Assembly: GCA_963711965.1 (NCBI GenBank)
Contig: CAVQGF010000059.1
Span: forward strand, 1,646 to 65,645
Source of the DNA: an uncultured Acidobacteriota bacterium
GTDB lineage: Bacteria > Acidobacteriota > Terriglobia > Terriglobales > Acidobacteriaceae
Length of the DNA stretch: 64,000 nt
Direction of reading: 5' to 3'
The notes below the pieces were generated by a model that ran no database searches, was not told the DNA's origin, and saw only the letters and a program-made list of their open reading frames with translations. Both the position numbers and the translations under genes were made by a program. This document shows, piece after piece, positions 40,374 to 49,080 of this stretch; within the stretch, counting starts at the first letter, position 1, and every line of letters starts with the position of its first letter.

Positions 40374-40721
40374 ATGGCGATCGATTACGAAGGCCGCGTC
40401 TTCCGCTCGGTGGCGAACAGCAGCAATGGTGAAGTCACCGCCGCAACTCACTTCCATTACCACCAGCAGGAGCGGGTGGTGTGGGCGGCCTATGGCGGAG
40501 GAGAGATTGCCCTGGGGACTCTGATCGCGAAGGTGAACGAAGACGATTCGCTCGACATGCGCTACCAGCACTTGAATGTGCGCGGGGAGTTCATGGCCGG
40601 CGAATGTCGCTCGACTCCCGAAGTTCTAGCCGATGGGCGCATCCGGCTGCATGAGAAGTGGCAGTGGACCATGGGCGATCGCTCGCGTGGTGAGTCGGTG
40701 ATCGAAGAAGTGCAGAGCTAG
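40374..40721 (+). CDS. Small conserved cytosolic protein of unknown function
   Basis: Intact 115-aa ORF reading GRVFRSVANSSNGEVTAATHFHYHQQERVVWAAYGGGEI...GRIRLHEKWQWT. I recall similar sequences in Firmicutes, sometimes mis-annotated as N-acetylglutamate synthase, but I cannot verify this. Confidence 0.6.
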   Translation: MAIDYEGRVFRSVANSSNGEVTAATHFHYHQQERVVWAAYGGGEIALGTLIAKVNEDDSLDMRYQHLNVRGEFMAGECRSTPEVLADGRIRLHEKWQWTMGDRSRGESVIEEVQS

Positions 40722-41113
40722 CCGAGCTTCCCTTGCATCTTTGCCATAAACGTCGGCAGATGAATGACCGCCCGGCCCACGGTGCCACGGCCTATCTCTT
40801 GTGACCCGTCGTGAGCGGTGACACGCAGCGAGTAGAAGCGTCCGTCAAACGATTCCAGCTCAGCCGTGGCCAACACTTGCGCTCCAATTCCAGTAGCCGC
40901 GCGATGCTCAATGTTGATGTGCGTGCCCACATTCAGCTCGCCCTCGTCACAGAAAGGATGGATTGCGTGGAAGGCGGCCGTCTCCATCAGACGGATCATG
41001 TCTGGGGTGGAATACACCGGTGGCAGTTTTTCGTGGTGCGCAGAAAGCGTGTGCTTGAACTCGACCCGCTCGCGCGCTTCGCCCTTGGAGCCGATGGGAA
41101 CTGGTTTGGCCAT
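40718..41113 (-). CDS. Hotdog-fold thioesterase-family protein
   Basis: Intact 131-aa ORF. The sequence VYSTPDMIRLMETAAFHAI...GTHINIEHRAATGIGAQVLATAELESFDGRFYSLRVTAHDG resembles FlK/PaaI-like thioesterases. Confidence 0.7.
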   Translation of the reverse strand: MAKPVPIGSKGEARERVEFKHTLSAHHEKLPPVYSTPDMIRLMETAAFHAIHPFCDEGELNVGTHINIEHRAATGIGAQVLATAELESFDGRFYSLRVTAHDGSQEIGRGTVGRAVIHLPTFMAKMQGKLG

Positions 41114-41162
41114 GCAGAAAATTAAACCAGTGGGAGCGTGCGGCGCAAATCTTTAAACTCTT

Positions 41163-42011
41163 TTATCGAGTGGATGCGCGGGCGATAGCGCCGCTGGTTT
41201 GGAGCTGGTGGAGAAAGCCGCCGGGAGTCGAGCCTGCGACGCGCCTAAACGTCCGGTTCATGTGGCTCTGGTCGGCGAAGCCGGCCTGCGCGGCGATGTT
41301 GCAAAGAGTGTCAGACCGTTCGGCTATCATTCGGCAGGCGGCCTGCACGCGAAGATTCTGCAGGTACTCGCCGGGGGTGCGTCCGGAATAGCGGCGGAAG
41401 ATGCGCGCCGCGTGAACAGGGTGAACGCCAGCAGCGTCGGCGAGATCTTTCACGCGTAATGAGTCGCGGAAGCCATCGTGGAGCTTATCGCGCATGATCC
41501 GCCATCGCGAAGGTTCGCCGGAGGAGGGGAGTGAGCTGCTTCGTGCAGCTCCAGCGAACAACTCCAAAAGCAAGCTCTCTACTGTTAACGTGCAGCACTC
41601 TTGCTGGCGGCAATATTCGGAATAGAGCTGCAGAGTGAGCCACAACAATCTGCCACCATCGCGCTCGAAGACGGGAGCCACGAGGTGCTTGGCGATTTCA
41701 TTCTCATGCAAAACCTGGGGGCTGACCTCGACAGTAAAGAAGTCGCAACCACACGCTTCCACTTTTCCCCGGTGGCGGGTGCCCTCGGGCTGGTAAGCAA
41801 CGGTGAAGGGAGTGAAGTAGATCTCATCCCCGCGTCCGGGCTCGCGATAGTTGCCCTGCAGTAACAGCGCGAAGTATGCCGTGGGGTGCTCATGCTCAGG
41901 GACCGCCATGGCCTGCTGATGGACGTTGCGGAACATAGTGGCACCTGCCGTTTCAAGCCGGCCACCGACCGCGCCGTAAAATCCAATGCCGGATTGCGCC
42001 TTTTTTGCCAT
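41163..42011 (-). CDS. AraC-family transcriptional regulator with an N-terminal cupin-like domain
   Basis: The C-terminal double HTH reads LRVKDLADAAGVHPVHAARIFRRYSGRTPGEYLQNLRVQAACRMIAERSDTLCNIAAQAGFADQSHMNRTFRR. The start is ATG 42011 (MAKKAQSG). Confidence 0.85.
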   Translation of the reverse strand: MAKKAQSGIGFYGAVGGRLETAGATMFRNVHQQAMAVPEHEHPTAYFALLLQGNYREPGRGDEIYFTPFTVAYQPEGTRHRGKVEACGCDFFTVEVSPQVLHENEIAKHLVAPVFERDGGRLLWLTLQLYSEYCRQQECCTLTVESLLLELFAGAARSSSLPSSGEPSRWRIMRDKLHDGFRDSLRVKDLADAAGVHPVHAARIFRRYSGRTPGEYLQNLRVQAACRMIAERSDTLCNIAAQAGFADQSHMNRTFRRVAGSTPGGFLHQLQTSGAIARASTR

Positions 42012-42142
42012 GGGATGAGCTGTAGTGTAGACGGCGCTGTTTCGATATAGGTAGCGGAGATGTTGCATTTGTACAAGACGCGGTCTGGTAGTCACTGAAA
42101 CAATCCGGTTCAGCACGTTTCCGGTCTATGAGGGATGCACCC

Positions 42143-43114
42143 ATGAAGAAGCTACTGATATTCGCTGCCGCGTTGGTGATCGCGCTCGCGTTTGCAACAC
42201 AGAATTCGAAAGTCACCGCTGCCGAAAAGAACGGCACCCAGCCCACGTACACCACCGACGGCAAGTTGGTAATGCCGACGGATTACCGCGATTGGTTCTT
42301 CCTGACCTCAGGGCTGGGGATGAATTACTCCACCGGCGTAAGCGCGCACCCTATGTTCACCAACGTTTTCGTGCCCCGGGAGTCGTACGGCGAATTCAAG
42401 GCGACAGGCAAGTGGCCCGACAAGACGCAATTCATTATCGAGATGGTGCAGCCCGCAACCCACGGCTCCATCAACAAAGGCGGCCATTACCAGAACATGC
42501 TCATGGGTTGGGACGTTGAAGTGAAAGATTCGAGCCGCCCGCAACAGTGGACCTACTATGCCTTAGACGCCAAGGATAAGTCGGCTGACCCCGTCTCCAG
42601 CACCGCCTGCCTGAAGTGCCACTCCGCTAACGCCGCGGTGGAGAACACCTTCGTGCAGTTCTATCCCACGCTGCTCGACTTCTCGGTCGAAAAGGGACTG
42701 ATCAAGCCGGGCGTGCACATTCCGCTGAATCAATCGCGCCTCGAAAAGCTGATCGTGAACTCCGGTTGGGACAAAGCTGAGGCCGCTTATCACGAAGATC
42801 GCAAGCTGAATCCGCAATCGGACCTGATGGATATGGCAGCCCTGGAGAATACCGCCGGTTCGCTCGCGAAGGATAAGAAACTTGCCGAAGCCGTGCAGGT
42901 GGTCACGCTGATGACGAAGGAATATCCCACGTCGGCGCAGGCATATGACGATCTCGGCGACGTATACAAAATGAATTCGCAGCCGCAGCCCGCGATCGAA
43001 GCTTCGCAGAAGGCGATTGCGTTGGTGGATAGCGACAGCAATCTTTCAGCGGACGATAAGAAGCAGGTGAAGGCCAGCGCGGAAAAGCGCATCGCGGAGC
43101 TGAGCAAGAAATAA
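42143..43114 (+). CDS. Secreted cytochrome P460-family haem protein with a C-terminal TPR-like extension
   Basis: A signal peptide is followed by the P460 pattern LVMPTDYRDWFFL...FVPRESYGEFKATGKWPDKT...VEVKDSSRPQQWTYY...CLKCHSANAAVENTFVQFYPTLL, which includes the CxxCH haem site. It is divergent from the AraC gene. Confidence 0.8.
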   Translation: MKKLLIFAAALVIALAFATQNSKVTAAEKNGTQPTYTTDGKLVMPTDYRDWFFLTSGLGMNYSTGVSAHPMFTNVFVPRESYGEFKATGKWPDKTQFIIEMVQPATHGSINKGGHYQNMLMGWDVEVKDSSRPQQWTYYALDAKDKSADPVSSTACLKCHSANAAVENTFVQFYPTLLDFSVEKGLIKPGVHIPLNQSRLEKLIVNSGWDKAEAAYHEDRKLNPQSDLMDMAALENTAGSLAKDKKLAEAVQVVTLMTKEYPTSAQAYDDLGDVYKMNSQPQPAIEASQKAIALVDSDSNLSADDKKQVKASAEKRIAELSKK

Positions 43115-43115
43115 C

Positions 43116-43577
43116 TTAGGAAACCATCTTCACGCCGCCTGACGAGACCTGCTCGCGGGCGGCGCGATTGGCCAACTCGTCACAGCGATTGTTGTCGGCG
43201 TGCTGCGCATGGCCTTTGACCCACTCCCAGCGGATCTTGTGCTGGCCGACGACGGCATCGAGCTCCATCCAGAGTTCTTTGTTGAGAACGTCCTTCTTGG
43301 TGGAGGTGCGCCAGCCGTTGCGCTTCCATTTGTGGATCCACTCGCTGATTCCCAGCTGCACGTATTGCGAATCGATGGAGAGAGACACTTCTGAGGGTTC
43401 CTTCAGCGCTTCCAGCCCGCGGATGACGGCCAGAAGTTCCATGCGATTGTTGGTGGTCTTGGGGTCGCAGCCATAAAGCTCGCCGACGCGATCGCCAAAG
43501 CGCAGCACGCACGCCCATCCACCTGGGCCGGGGTTGCCGATGCAGGCCCCATCGGTACTCATGATCACTTTTTTCAT
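43116..43577 (-). CDS. rnhA: Ribonuclease HI
   Basis: Matching blocks are [54 protein letters not shown] and [17 protein letters not shown]. Confidence 0.92.
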   Translation of the reverse strand: MKKVIMSTDGACIGNPGPGGWACVLRFGDRVGELYGCDPKTTNNRMELLAVIRGLEALKEPSEVSLSIDSQYVQLGISEWIHKWKRNGWRTSTKKDVLNKELWMELDAVVGQHKIRWEWVKGHAQHADNNRCDELANRAAREQVSSGGVKMVS

Positions 43578-43584
43578 TTCACAC

Positions 43585-43998
43585 TCAGAGGTTTTGATCT
43601 TTCGTGAGACGGAGATAAAACCACACGGCTGCACCAGAAAGCGTGGCGAGAACGAACAGTAAGAACCACCAGATGTGGGTCAGGACGTCATAGACGAAAG
43701 AAGGTAAAGCAAAGAAGAAAATTAACGCGGTAATCGCTAAGAAGAACCCTGCGGCGACCCAAAGAGGAAACCGAATGATGCTGACCCAATCCCGGTGACC
43801 GCTAACGTGGCTACGCCTTAGTACACGTATCGACCCGACGCTCGCAACAGTAGCTGCTGCAGCCCATACGACTAGCGCCCATCCGTTGCTTGGGCCGCAA
43901 GGGCCGAATCCAGTGAATTCCAACACTGGATACAGAAGAAGCAAAGGCACAAACAGGATTGCGATGGCGATAAGAGATGCTCTGACTCGAGGCTGCAT
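43585..43998 (-). CDS. Four-TM membrane protein, unknown function
   Basis: Intact 137-aa hydrophobic ORF, tightly packed between rnhA and the YqeY-like gene. Confidence 0.55.
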   Translation of the reverse strand: MQPRVRASLIAIAILFVPLLLLYPVLEFTGFGPCGPSNGWALVVWAAAATVASVGSIRVLRRSHVSGHRDWVSIIRFPLWVAAGFFLAITALIFFFALPSFVYDVLTHIWWFLLFVLATLSGAAVWFYLRLTKDQNL

Positions 43999-44451
43999 TT
44001 ACTTCCCCGCCAGCTCGCGTTTCACGGTTTCGCTGACCACTTTTCCGTCGACGCGTTCTCCGCCGAACTTGGCCATGGTCGCCTTCATCACGGCGCCCAT
44101 GTCTTTCATGGTGGGCGAGCCCATCTCCGCGATTACGGCTTTCACGGTCGCGGTGACATCTGCTTCGCTCACCGCCTTTGGCATGTAGCTTTCGATGAGC
44201 GCAATCTCTTTTTCTTCCTTCGCCGCCAGCTCCGGGCGGCCTCCCTTGGTGAACTGCTCGACCGAGTCCTTGCGCTGCTTGATGAGCGTGCTCAGCGTGG
44301 CGAGTGTCTCTTTCTCATCAAGAGGGGAGCGCTTGTCGATCTCTTTGCTCTTGAGCGCGGACTTCACCATGCGCAGGGTGGTGAGCTTGTGCTCGTCCCG
44401 GGCGCGCATGGCGTCTTTAATATGCTGTTCGATCTGCTCGGAGATGGTCAT
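43999..44451 (-). CDS. GatB/YqeY-domain protein
   Basis: Blocks are MTISEQIEQHIKDAMRARDEHKLTTLRMVKSALK, IKQRKDSVEQFTKGGRPELAAKEEKEIALIESYMP and MGAVMKATMAKFGGRVDG-like. Confidence 0.85.
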   Translation of the reverse strand: MTISEQIEQHIKDAMRARDEHKLTTLRMVKSALKSKEIDKRSPLDEKETLATLSTLIKQRKDSVEQFTKGGRPELAAKEEKEIALIESYMPKAVSEADVTATVKAVIAEMGSPTMKDMGAVMKATMAKFGGERVDGKVVSETVKRELAGK

Positions 44452-44568
44452 AGGTGGAGTTCCGCCCTCCAATATAAATGAAGCTGCTCTGGCTGAGACT
44501 CTGATTGAATCCCCCGCATGTTCACGATATGATTCGCCACGACCTCCGGAAAACAGGACCCTCGCCCT

Positions 44569-45792
44569 ATGCCCAGTCTTGACCCTATCTTCGTGATGTT
44601 GGCGGTGTTGGTGGTGGCCATTGGCGTGATCATCGTCATGATCCGCAAGAGCTCGACCTTCAGCGGCTACACCGACGTTGCCGCGGATGCGCAGCGCATA
44701 CAGCGCGCCATCAAAGGCGAAGCATTCCGCGACGGGAACGACCTCGTCATCTCCGGCAGCCAGGACAAGCTGCCGGTGCAGGTGCGCTTCTCCTACGACG
44801 AGAACACGCCGGGCCTGAGCATCCGCATGTCGGCACCGGCGAATTTCACGTTAACCATTACTCCCAAGGGCTCGCAGGCGGCTGGCGAAGGAAAAAACCT
44901 GGTCCGAACCGGCGACGACATGTTCGACGCCCGCTTCACCACCAAGACCGACCACATGGCACAGGCCAAGATGTTTGTGGGCGGCAAGCAAGTCTCGGCT
45001 CTGCTGCCGAAGCTTGCCTGCTCAAGCAAAACGTTCGTCGCGATCGGCAAGGGCTTCGTCGAACTGAGCGAGTTGGTGATACCGACTCCTTACACTTCAG
45101 CTCATATCGTGGACCACATACAGAACATGGGAAAACTTGCGCTGCAACTGCAGGCGATGCCCGGCGCTGAGACAGTCAAGATCGAGGCGTATGAACGCGA
45201 AGGCAGCAGCGTGCTCGGAAAAGTCGCGGTGCTGGTGGCGTTGCTGGGAGGCTTGGCATTCTTCGTCATCGAATCGCGCAAGCCCGATACTTCGCTCACC
45301 GAATTGAAAGCGCAGGCCGGCTCGAGTTCGCTACCTGATGGAGTGCTTCCGCTCGACGCGCAGAAGCTTGGTCCGCTGGACGGATGGCGGCTGGTCACGG
45401 CTGACGATTTTGACGCGGACACCCTGGCTTGGGCGCGCGGGCAAGGGATCAAGGTGCAGGGCCGGATCGAAGGCGACTTCTCCGGCAAAGGGAACCCGCG
45501 CGACGTCGCCTACATCCTTACCGACGGAGCGGAGACGACGCGCATCGCCGTGCTCGCAGACGATCAGCTCGTTTCAGATGTTCACTACCCCAAGCTCGCC
45601 GTGGCGGCGCGTTATTCCAAGTACAACTGGAACAGCACGCAGTGGGTAACGCCGCCGGCGACACCGTCCGGAGATGGGATCCTCATCGTCACGCGAAAAG
45701 AAGACCCCAAGTCGGGCATGGTGCTCTTCTTCAATGGCAAACGCATCGATAACGCCATCCCGCAGAACTATCAGCGAGTGAATCTGCAATAA
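44569..45792 (+). CDS. Two-TM protein of unknown function (407 aa)
   Basis: The ORF is intact. TM helices lie at residues ~5-25 and ~215-235 (VLGKVAVLVALLGGLAFFVI). I recognised no motif. Confidence 0.6.
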   Translation: MPSLDPIFVMLAVLVVAIGVIIVMIRKSSTFSGYTDVAADAQRIQRAIKGEAFRDGNDLVISGSQDKLPVQVRFSYDENTPGLSIRMSAPANFTLTITPKGSQAAGEGKNLVRTGDDMFDARFTTKTDHMAQAKMFVGGKQVSALLPKLACSSKTFVAIGKGFVELSELVIPTPYTSAHIVDHIQNMGKLALQLQAMPGAETVKIEAYEREGSSVLGKVAVLVALLGGLAFFVIESRKPDTSLTELKAQAGSSSLPDGVLPLDAQKLGPLDGWRLVTADDFDADTLAWARGQGIKVQGRIEGDFSGKGNPRDVAYILTDGAETTRIAVLADDQLVSDVHYPKLAVAARYSKYNWNSTQWVTPPATPSGDGILIVTRKEDPKSGMVLFFNGKRIDNAIPQNYQRVNLQ

Positions 45793-45848
45793 TGTTGTTT
45801 CGTCCGCGGACGGCGGACGGAATCCCTTCTCTTCTTAAGGAATCATTC

Positions 45849-47024
45849 ATGTTGCGCAAGACCCGGTTGTTCACTCCCGGTCCTACTCCCATTCTGCCCG
45901 CCGCACAAACAGCGATGGCGTCGTTCGGAATGCACCACCGCACCGCTGAATTCCGCGCGCTGTATTCGAAATTCCTGGCCGACTTGAAAATTTTTGTCGG
46001 CACTAAGAATGACGTAATGGTGCTGGCATCTTCCGGCACCGGCGCGATGGAAGCGGCGGTCTCGAACCTGACCTCGCCCGGCGACCAGGTGATCGTGATC
46101 ACTGCCGGAAAATTCGGTGAGCGCTGGACGGGGCTGGCCAAGGCGTACGGATGCAAGGTGGATGTGGTGGACGCGCCCTACGGAAAAACTGTAAAGGCGG
46201 AGAACGTTCGCGCGCGCATCACGGCTGAGACCCGCGTCGTCTACATGCAGGCGACGGAGAGCTCCACGGGCGCGCGTCACGACGTGCAAGGGATCGCGAA
46301 GGCGGTTCACGAGAAGAATCCGAATACGCTATTGGTTGTCGACGCGATCACAGGCCTCGGCACGACGACCTTCGAGGTGGATGGCTGGGGAATCGACATG
46401 CTGATCGGCGGCTCGCAAAAGGCCGTCATGATCCCGCCGGGATTGGCTTACGTTTCCGTCAGCGAACGCGCCTGGCAGGCGATGGAGTCGGCAAAGTCGC
46501 CGCGCTACTACTTCGACTTGCGCAAAGAACGGAAATCGGCAGCTAAAGGCGAGTCAGCGTTCACGCCGGCAACTTCGCTCATCGCTGCCTTCGCGGCCGC
46601 ACTGGACTACATCGCGTCACAAGCCGGCGGCGACCTCGCCGTGGGGCGCGTTGCGCTCATCGCTAACGCGGAAATGGCCGCCGCAATGACCCGCGCTGCC
46701 GCAACTGCGCTGGGACTCGAACTATTTTCCGCAGAATCGCCAGCCGCGGCACTGACCGCGATCGTTCCGCCGAAAGGAATCGACTCAGGCGTGTTAGTGA
46801 AGGCATTGCGCGAGCAATTCGGAGCAATTGTCGCGAATGGCCAGGGCGAGATGAAGGGGCAGATGATCCGCATCGCGCACCTCGGCTACTACGACTACCT
46901 TGACACCATCGCCATCATCGGCGCGCTCGAGCATGTGCTCGCCGGCATCGCCTTGCCGAAGCACAGCGAGCTGGGCGCCGGGTTGAAGGCCGCGCAGGTG
47001 GTTTATGCGCGAGGACGCGCATGA
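45849..47024 (+). CDS. Class-V aminotransferase (serine-pyruvate / phosphoserine aminotransferase type)
   Basis: Blocks are LFTPGPTPILPAAQTAMA, SSGTGAMEAAVSNL and the PLP-Lys context IGGSQKAVMIPPGLAYVSVS. The stop overlaps the serA start (ATGA). Confidence 0.85.
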   Translation: MLRKTRLFTPGPTPILPAAQTAMASFGMHHRTAEFRALYSKFLADLKIFVGTKNDVMVLASSGTGAMEAAVSNLTSPGDQVIVITAGKFGERWTGLAKAYGCKVDVVDAPYGKTVKAENVRARITAETRVVYMQATESSTGARHDVQGIAKAVHEKNPNTLLVVDAITGLGTTTFEVDGWGIDMLIGGSQKAVMIPPGLAYVSVSERAWQAMESAKSPRYYFDLRKERKSAAKGESAFTPATSLIAAFAAALDYIASQAGGDLAVGRVALIANAEMAAAMTRAAATALGLELFSAESPAAALTAIVPPKGIDSGVLVKALREQFGAIVANGQGEMKGQMIRIAHLGYYDYLDTIAIIGALEHVLAGIALPKHSELGAGLKAAQVVYARGRA

Positions 47025-48625
47025 AGATCGTTATCGCCGAGAAGACTTCGCCCGCCGCCATCGCCCTCTTTCGCGAAGAGCCGGGCTGGAATGTGATCAC
47101 CGCCGACGATATCAGGAACAATCTGGCAGAGCACCTTCGCGACGCTGATGCGCTCGTGGTCCGCTCGGCGGTTCAGGTGGACCCGGCGCTGCTCTCGCAT
47201 GCGCAGAAGTTGCGCGTGATCGGCCGCGCCGGCGTTGGCGTGGACAACATCGACATCGATGCGGCAACAAAACGCGGCATTGCGGTGATGAATACTCCCG
47301 GCGGGAATGCCGTCGCCGTAGCCGAACACACGCTCGGGCTCATGCTGACGATGGCGCGTTTTCTCTCGCGCGCCGACCAAACCACACGCGCCGGCAAGTG
47401 GGAGAAGAAATCTTTGCAAGGCACCGAGCTGCGCGGCAAGACGCTCGGCATCGTCGGGCTCGGACGCGTCGGCCTCGAAGTCGCGCGCCGCGCGAAAGCT
47501 TTTGAGATGGAGCTGGTGGCGCATGACCCCTTCGTGTCTTCATCGGTCGCACGCGATCTAGGCATCAAACTCGCATCGCTCGACGAACTCTACGCCGCCT
47601 CCGATTACATTTCGCTGCACGTTGCCCTTACGCCGCAAACTGCACGCATGATCAACGCCGATTCGCTCAAGAAAATGAAGAAGGGGGTGCGGCTGGTGAA
47701 TTGTGCGCGTGGAGAGCTGATCGAGGACGCCGCGCTCACACAGGCGCTGGCGGGAGGCGACGTCGCCTGCGCCGCTCTCGACGTTTTCAGTCAGGAACCT
47801 TTCGCTAAAGAGTGTCCACTCAGTGCGCTCACTGAAAGCGGCAAGCTCGTCCTAACGCCGCACATCGGTGGCTCGACCAACGAAGCTCAGGAAGCGGTGG
47901 GGATGCAGATCGCCTTTCAGGTGAAGGAATATCTGAAGCACGGCGTGATACAGAACGCGGTGAACGTACCCTCGGTCACGCATGATGAGTACACGGAAAT
48001 GCTTCCTTACATTTCCCTCGCCGAGCGGTTGGGTGCGTTTCTCGCACAAGCCATCGAGGGGAATCTGGAAGAGATCAGCTTGCGCTACAGCGGACGCATC
48101 GCCGAATGGAAGACAGACCTGATCCGCAATGCCGCTATCCAGGGGCTTTTCAATCAACTGCCGGCTGAGAAGGCGAACCTGGTGAACGCGGCCTCACTGG
48201 CGAAGGAGCGTGGCATCAAGGTACTGGAGGTAAAAAAGCCGGAGGCTTCGGGCGGCGGCGCCGGCAATGTGCTTTCTATTTTCGTAAAAACAAGTTCAGA
48301 AGAAAAAGTCGTGAAGGGAGCGGTGCTGCACGGCAGTAAGCCGCGCCTGCTCGCTGTCGATGACATCGACATCGAAGCGCCACTCGAAGGGCACTGCATT
48401 CTCCTGCGCAATCGCGACGTCCCCGGCGTGATCGGCCGGGTGGGCACCATCCTCGGCGAGCACCAGGTCAACATCGCCAGCTTCGCTCTGGGACGCCACG
48501 AAGATGCCGGGGCTGAGCGGCAGGCTTTGGCGGTGGTGCAGGTGGATGGAGATGTTCCGGATGCGGCCCTCGCCGCCTTGCGCAAGATCGAAGCCATCAC
48601 GCTGGCGAAACCGATGAAGCTCTAA
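47021..48625 (+). CDS. serA: D-3-phosphoglycerate dehydrogenase (long form with ASB and ACT domains)
   Basis: Intact 534-aa ORF. The NAD site is GKTLGIVGLGRVGLEVARRA. Further blocks are NCARGELIE and PHIGGSTNEAQ. The C-terminal ACT-like region reads ILLRNRDVPGVIGRVGTILGEHQVNIA. Confidence 0.93.
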   Translation: MKIVIAEKTSPAAIALFREEPGWNVITADDIRNNLAEHLRDADALVVRSAVQVDPALLSHAQKLRVIGRAGVGVDNIDIDAATKRGIAVMNTPGGNAVAVAEHTLGLMLTMARFLSRADQTTRAGKWEKKSLQGTELRGKTLGIVGLGRVGLEVARRAKAFEMELVAHDPFVSSSVARDLGIKLASLDELYAASDYISLHVALTPQTARMINADSLKKMKKGVRLVNCARGELIEDAALTQALAGGDVACAALDVFSQEPFAKECPLSALTESGKLVLTPHIGGSTNEAQEAVGMQIAFQVKEYLKHGVIQNAVNVPSVTHDEYTEMLPYISLAERLGAFLAQAIEGNLEEISLRYSGRIAEWKTDLIRNAAIQGLFNQLPAEKANLVNAASLAKERGIKVLEVKKPEASGGGAGNVLSIFVKTSSEEKVVKGAVLHGSKPRLLAVDDIDIEAPLEGHCILLRNRDVPGVIGRVGTILGEHQVNIASFALGRHEDAGAERQALAVVQVDGDVPDAALAALRKIEAITLAKPMKL

Positions 48626-48649
48626 CATCTTCAACAGCCAAGAACCTTC

Positions 48650-48703
48650 GTCATCCCGAGCGAGGACGAGCAGCGCGAGGCCGAGTCGAGGGACCTTGCG
48701 TTT
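48650..48703 (+). repeat. Family A element, left flank of the GIY-YIG gene
   Basis: GTCATCCCGAGCGAGGACGAGCAGCGCGAGGCCGAGTCGAGGGACCTTGCGTTT. Confidence 0.75.
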
Positions 48704-48711
48704 AGGAATCT

Positions 48712-49067
48712 ATGAGACGCGAGTACGGCGGCTTCGTTTACATGATGAGCAATGCTTCACGACGAAGCATCTACACCGGGACTGCTGCGGATTTGGAACA
48801 GCGCGTCTTCGAGCACAAGAACCATCAGCGAAAGGGATTCAGCGATAAATACAATTGCACTCGTCTCGTCTACTTTGAAACCTATTCCGACTTTCGCTCG
48901 GTTATCGATCGCGAGAAGCAGATCAAGCGTTGGAGACGGAAAAGAAGGTCGCTTTGATTGAATCTGTTAATCCAGGTGGAAGGATTCTAGCTGCCGATTG
49001 GGGCAAACCGCAAGGTCCCTCGACTCGCGCCAAAAAACCGGCGCTCGCTCGGGATGACGAGGATTAA
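48712..49067 (+). CDS. Small GIY-YIG nuclease-family protein; frameshift near 48940
   Basis: The protein reads GFVYMMSNASRRSIYTGTAADLEQRVFEHKN...YNCTRLVYFETYSDFRSVIDREKQIKRWRR. After the A-run at 48937-48941 the family-typical continuation KKVALIESVNPG...LAADWGKP is in the +1 frame and runs into the right-hand repeat (stop TAA 49065-49067). The ORF as assembled ends at 48957. Confidence 0.8.
49008..49058 (-). repeat. Family A element, right flank of the GIY-YIG gene (inverted)
   Basis: CCGCAAGGTCCCTCGACTCGCGCCAAAAAACCGGCGCTCGCTCGGGATGAC. Its reverse complement shares GTCATCCCGAGCGAG and GAGTCGAGGGACCTTGCG with the left copy. Confidence 0.75.
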
Positions 49068-49080
49068 AATTTAGCAGCAC

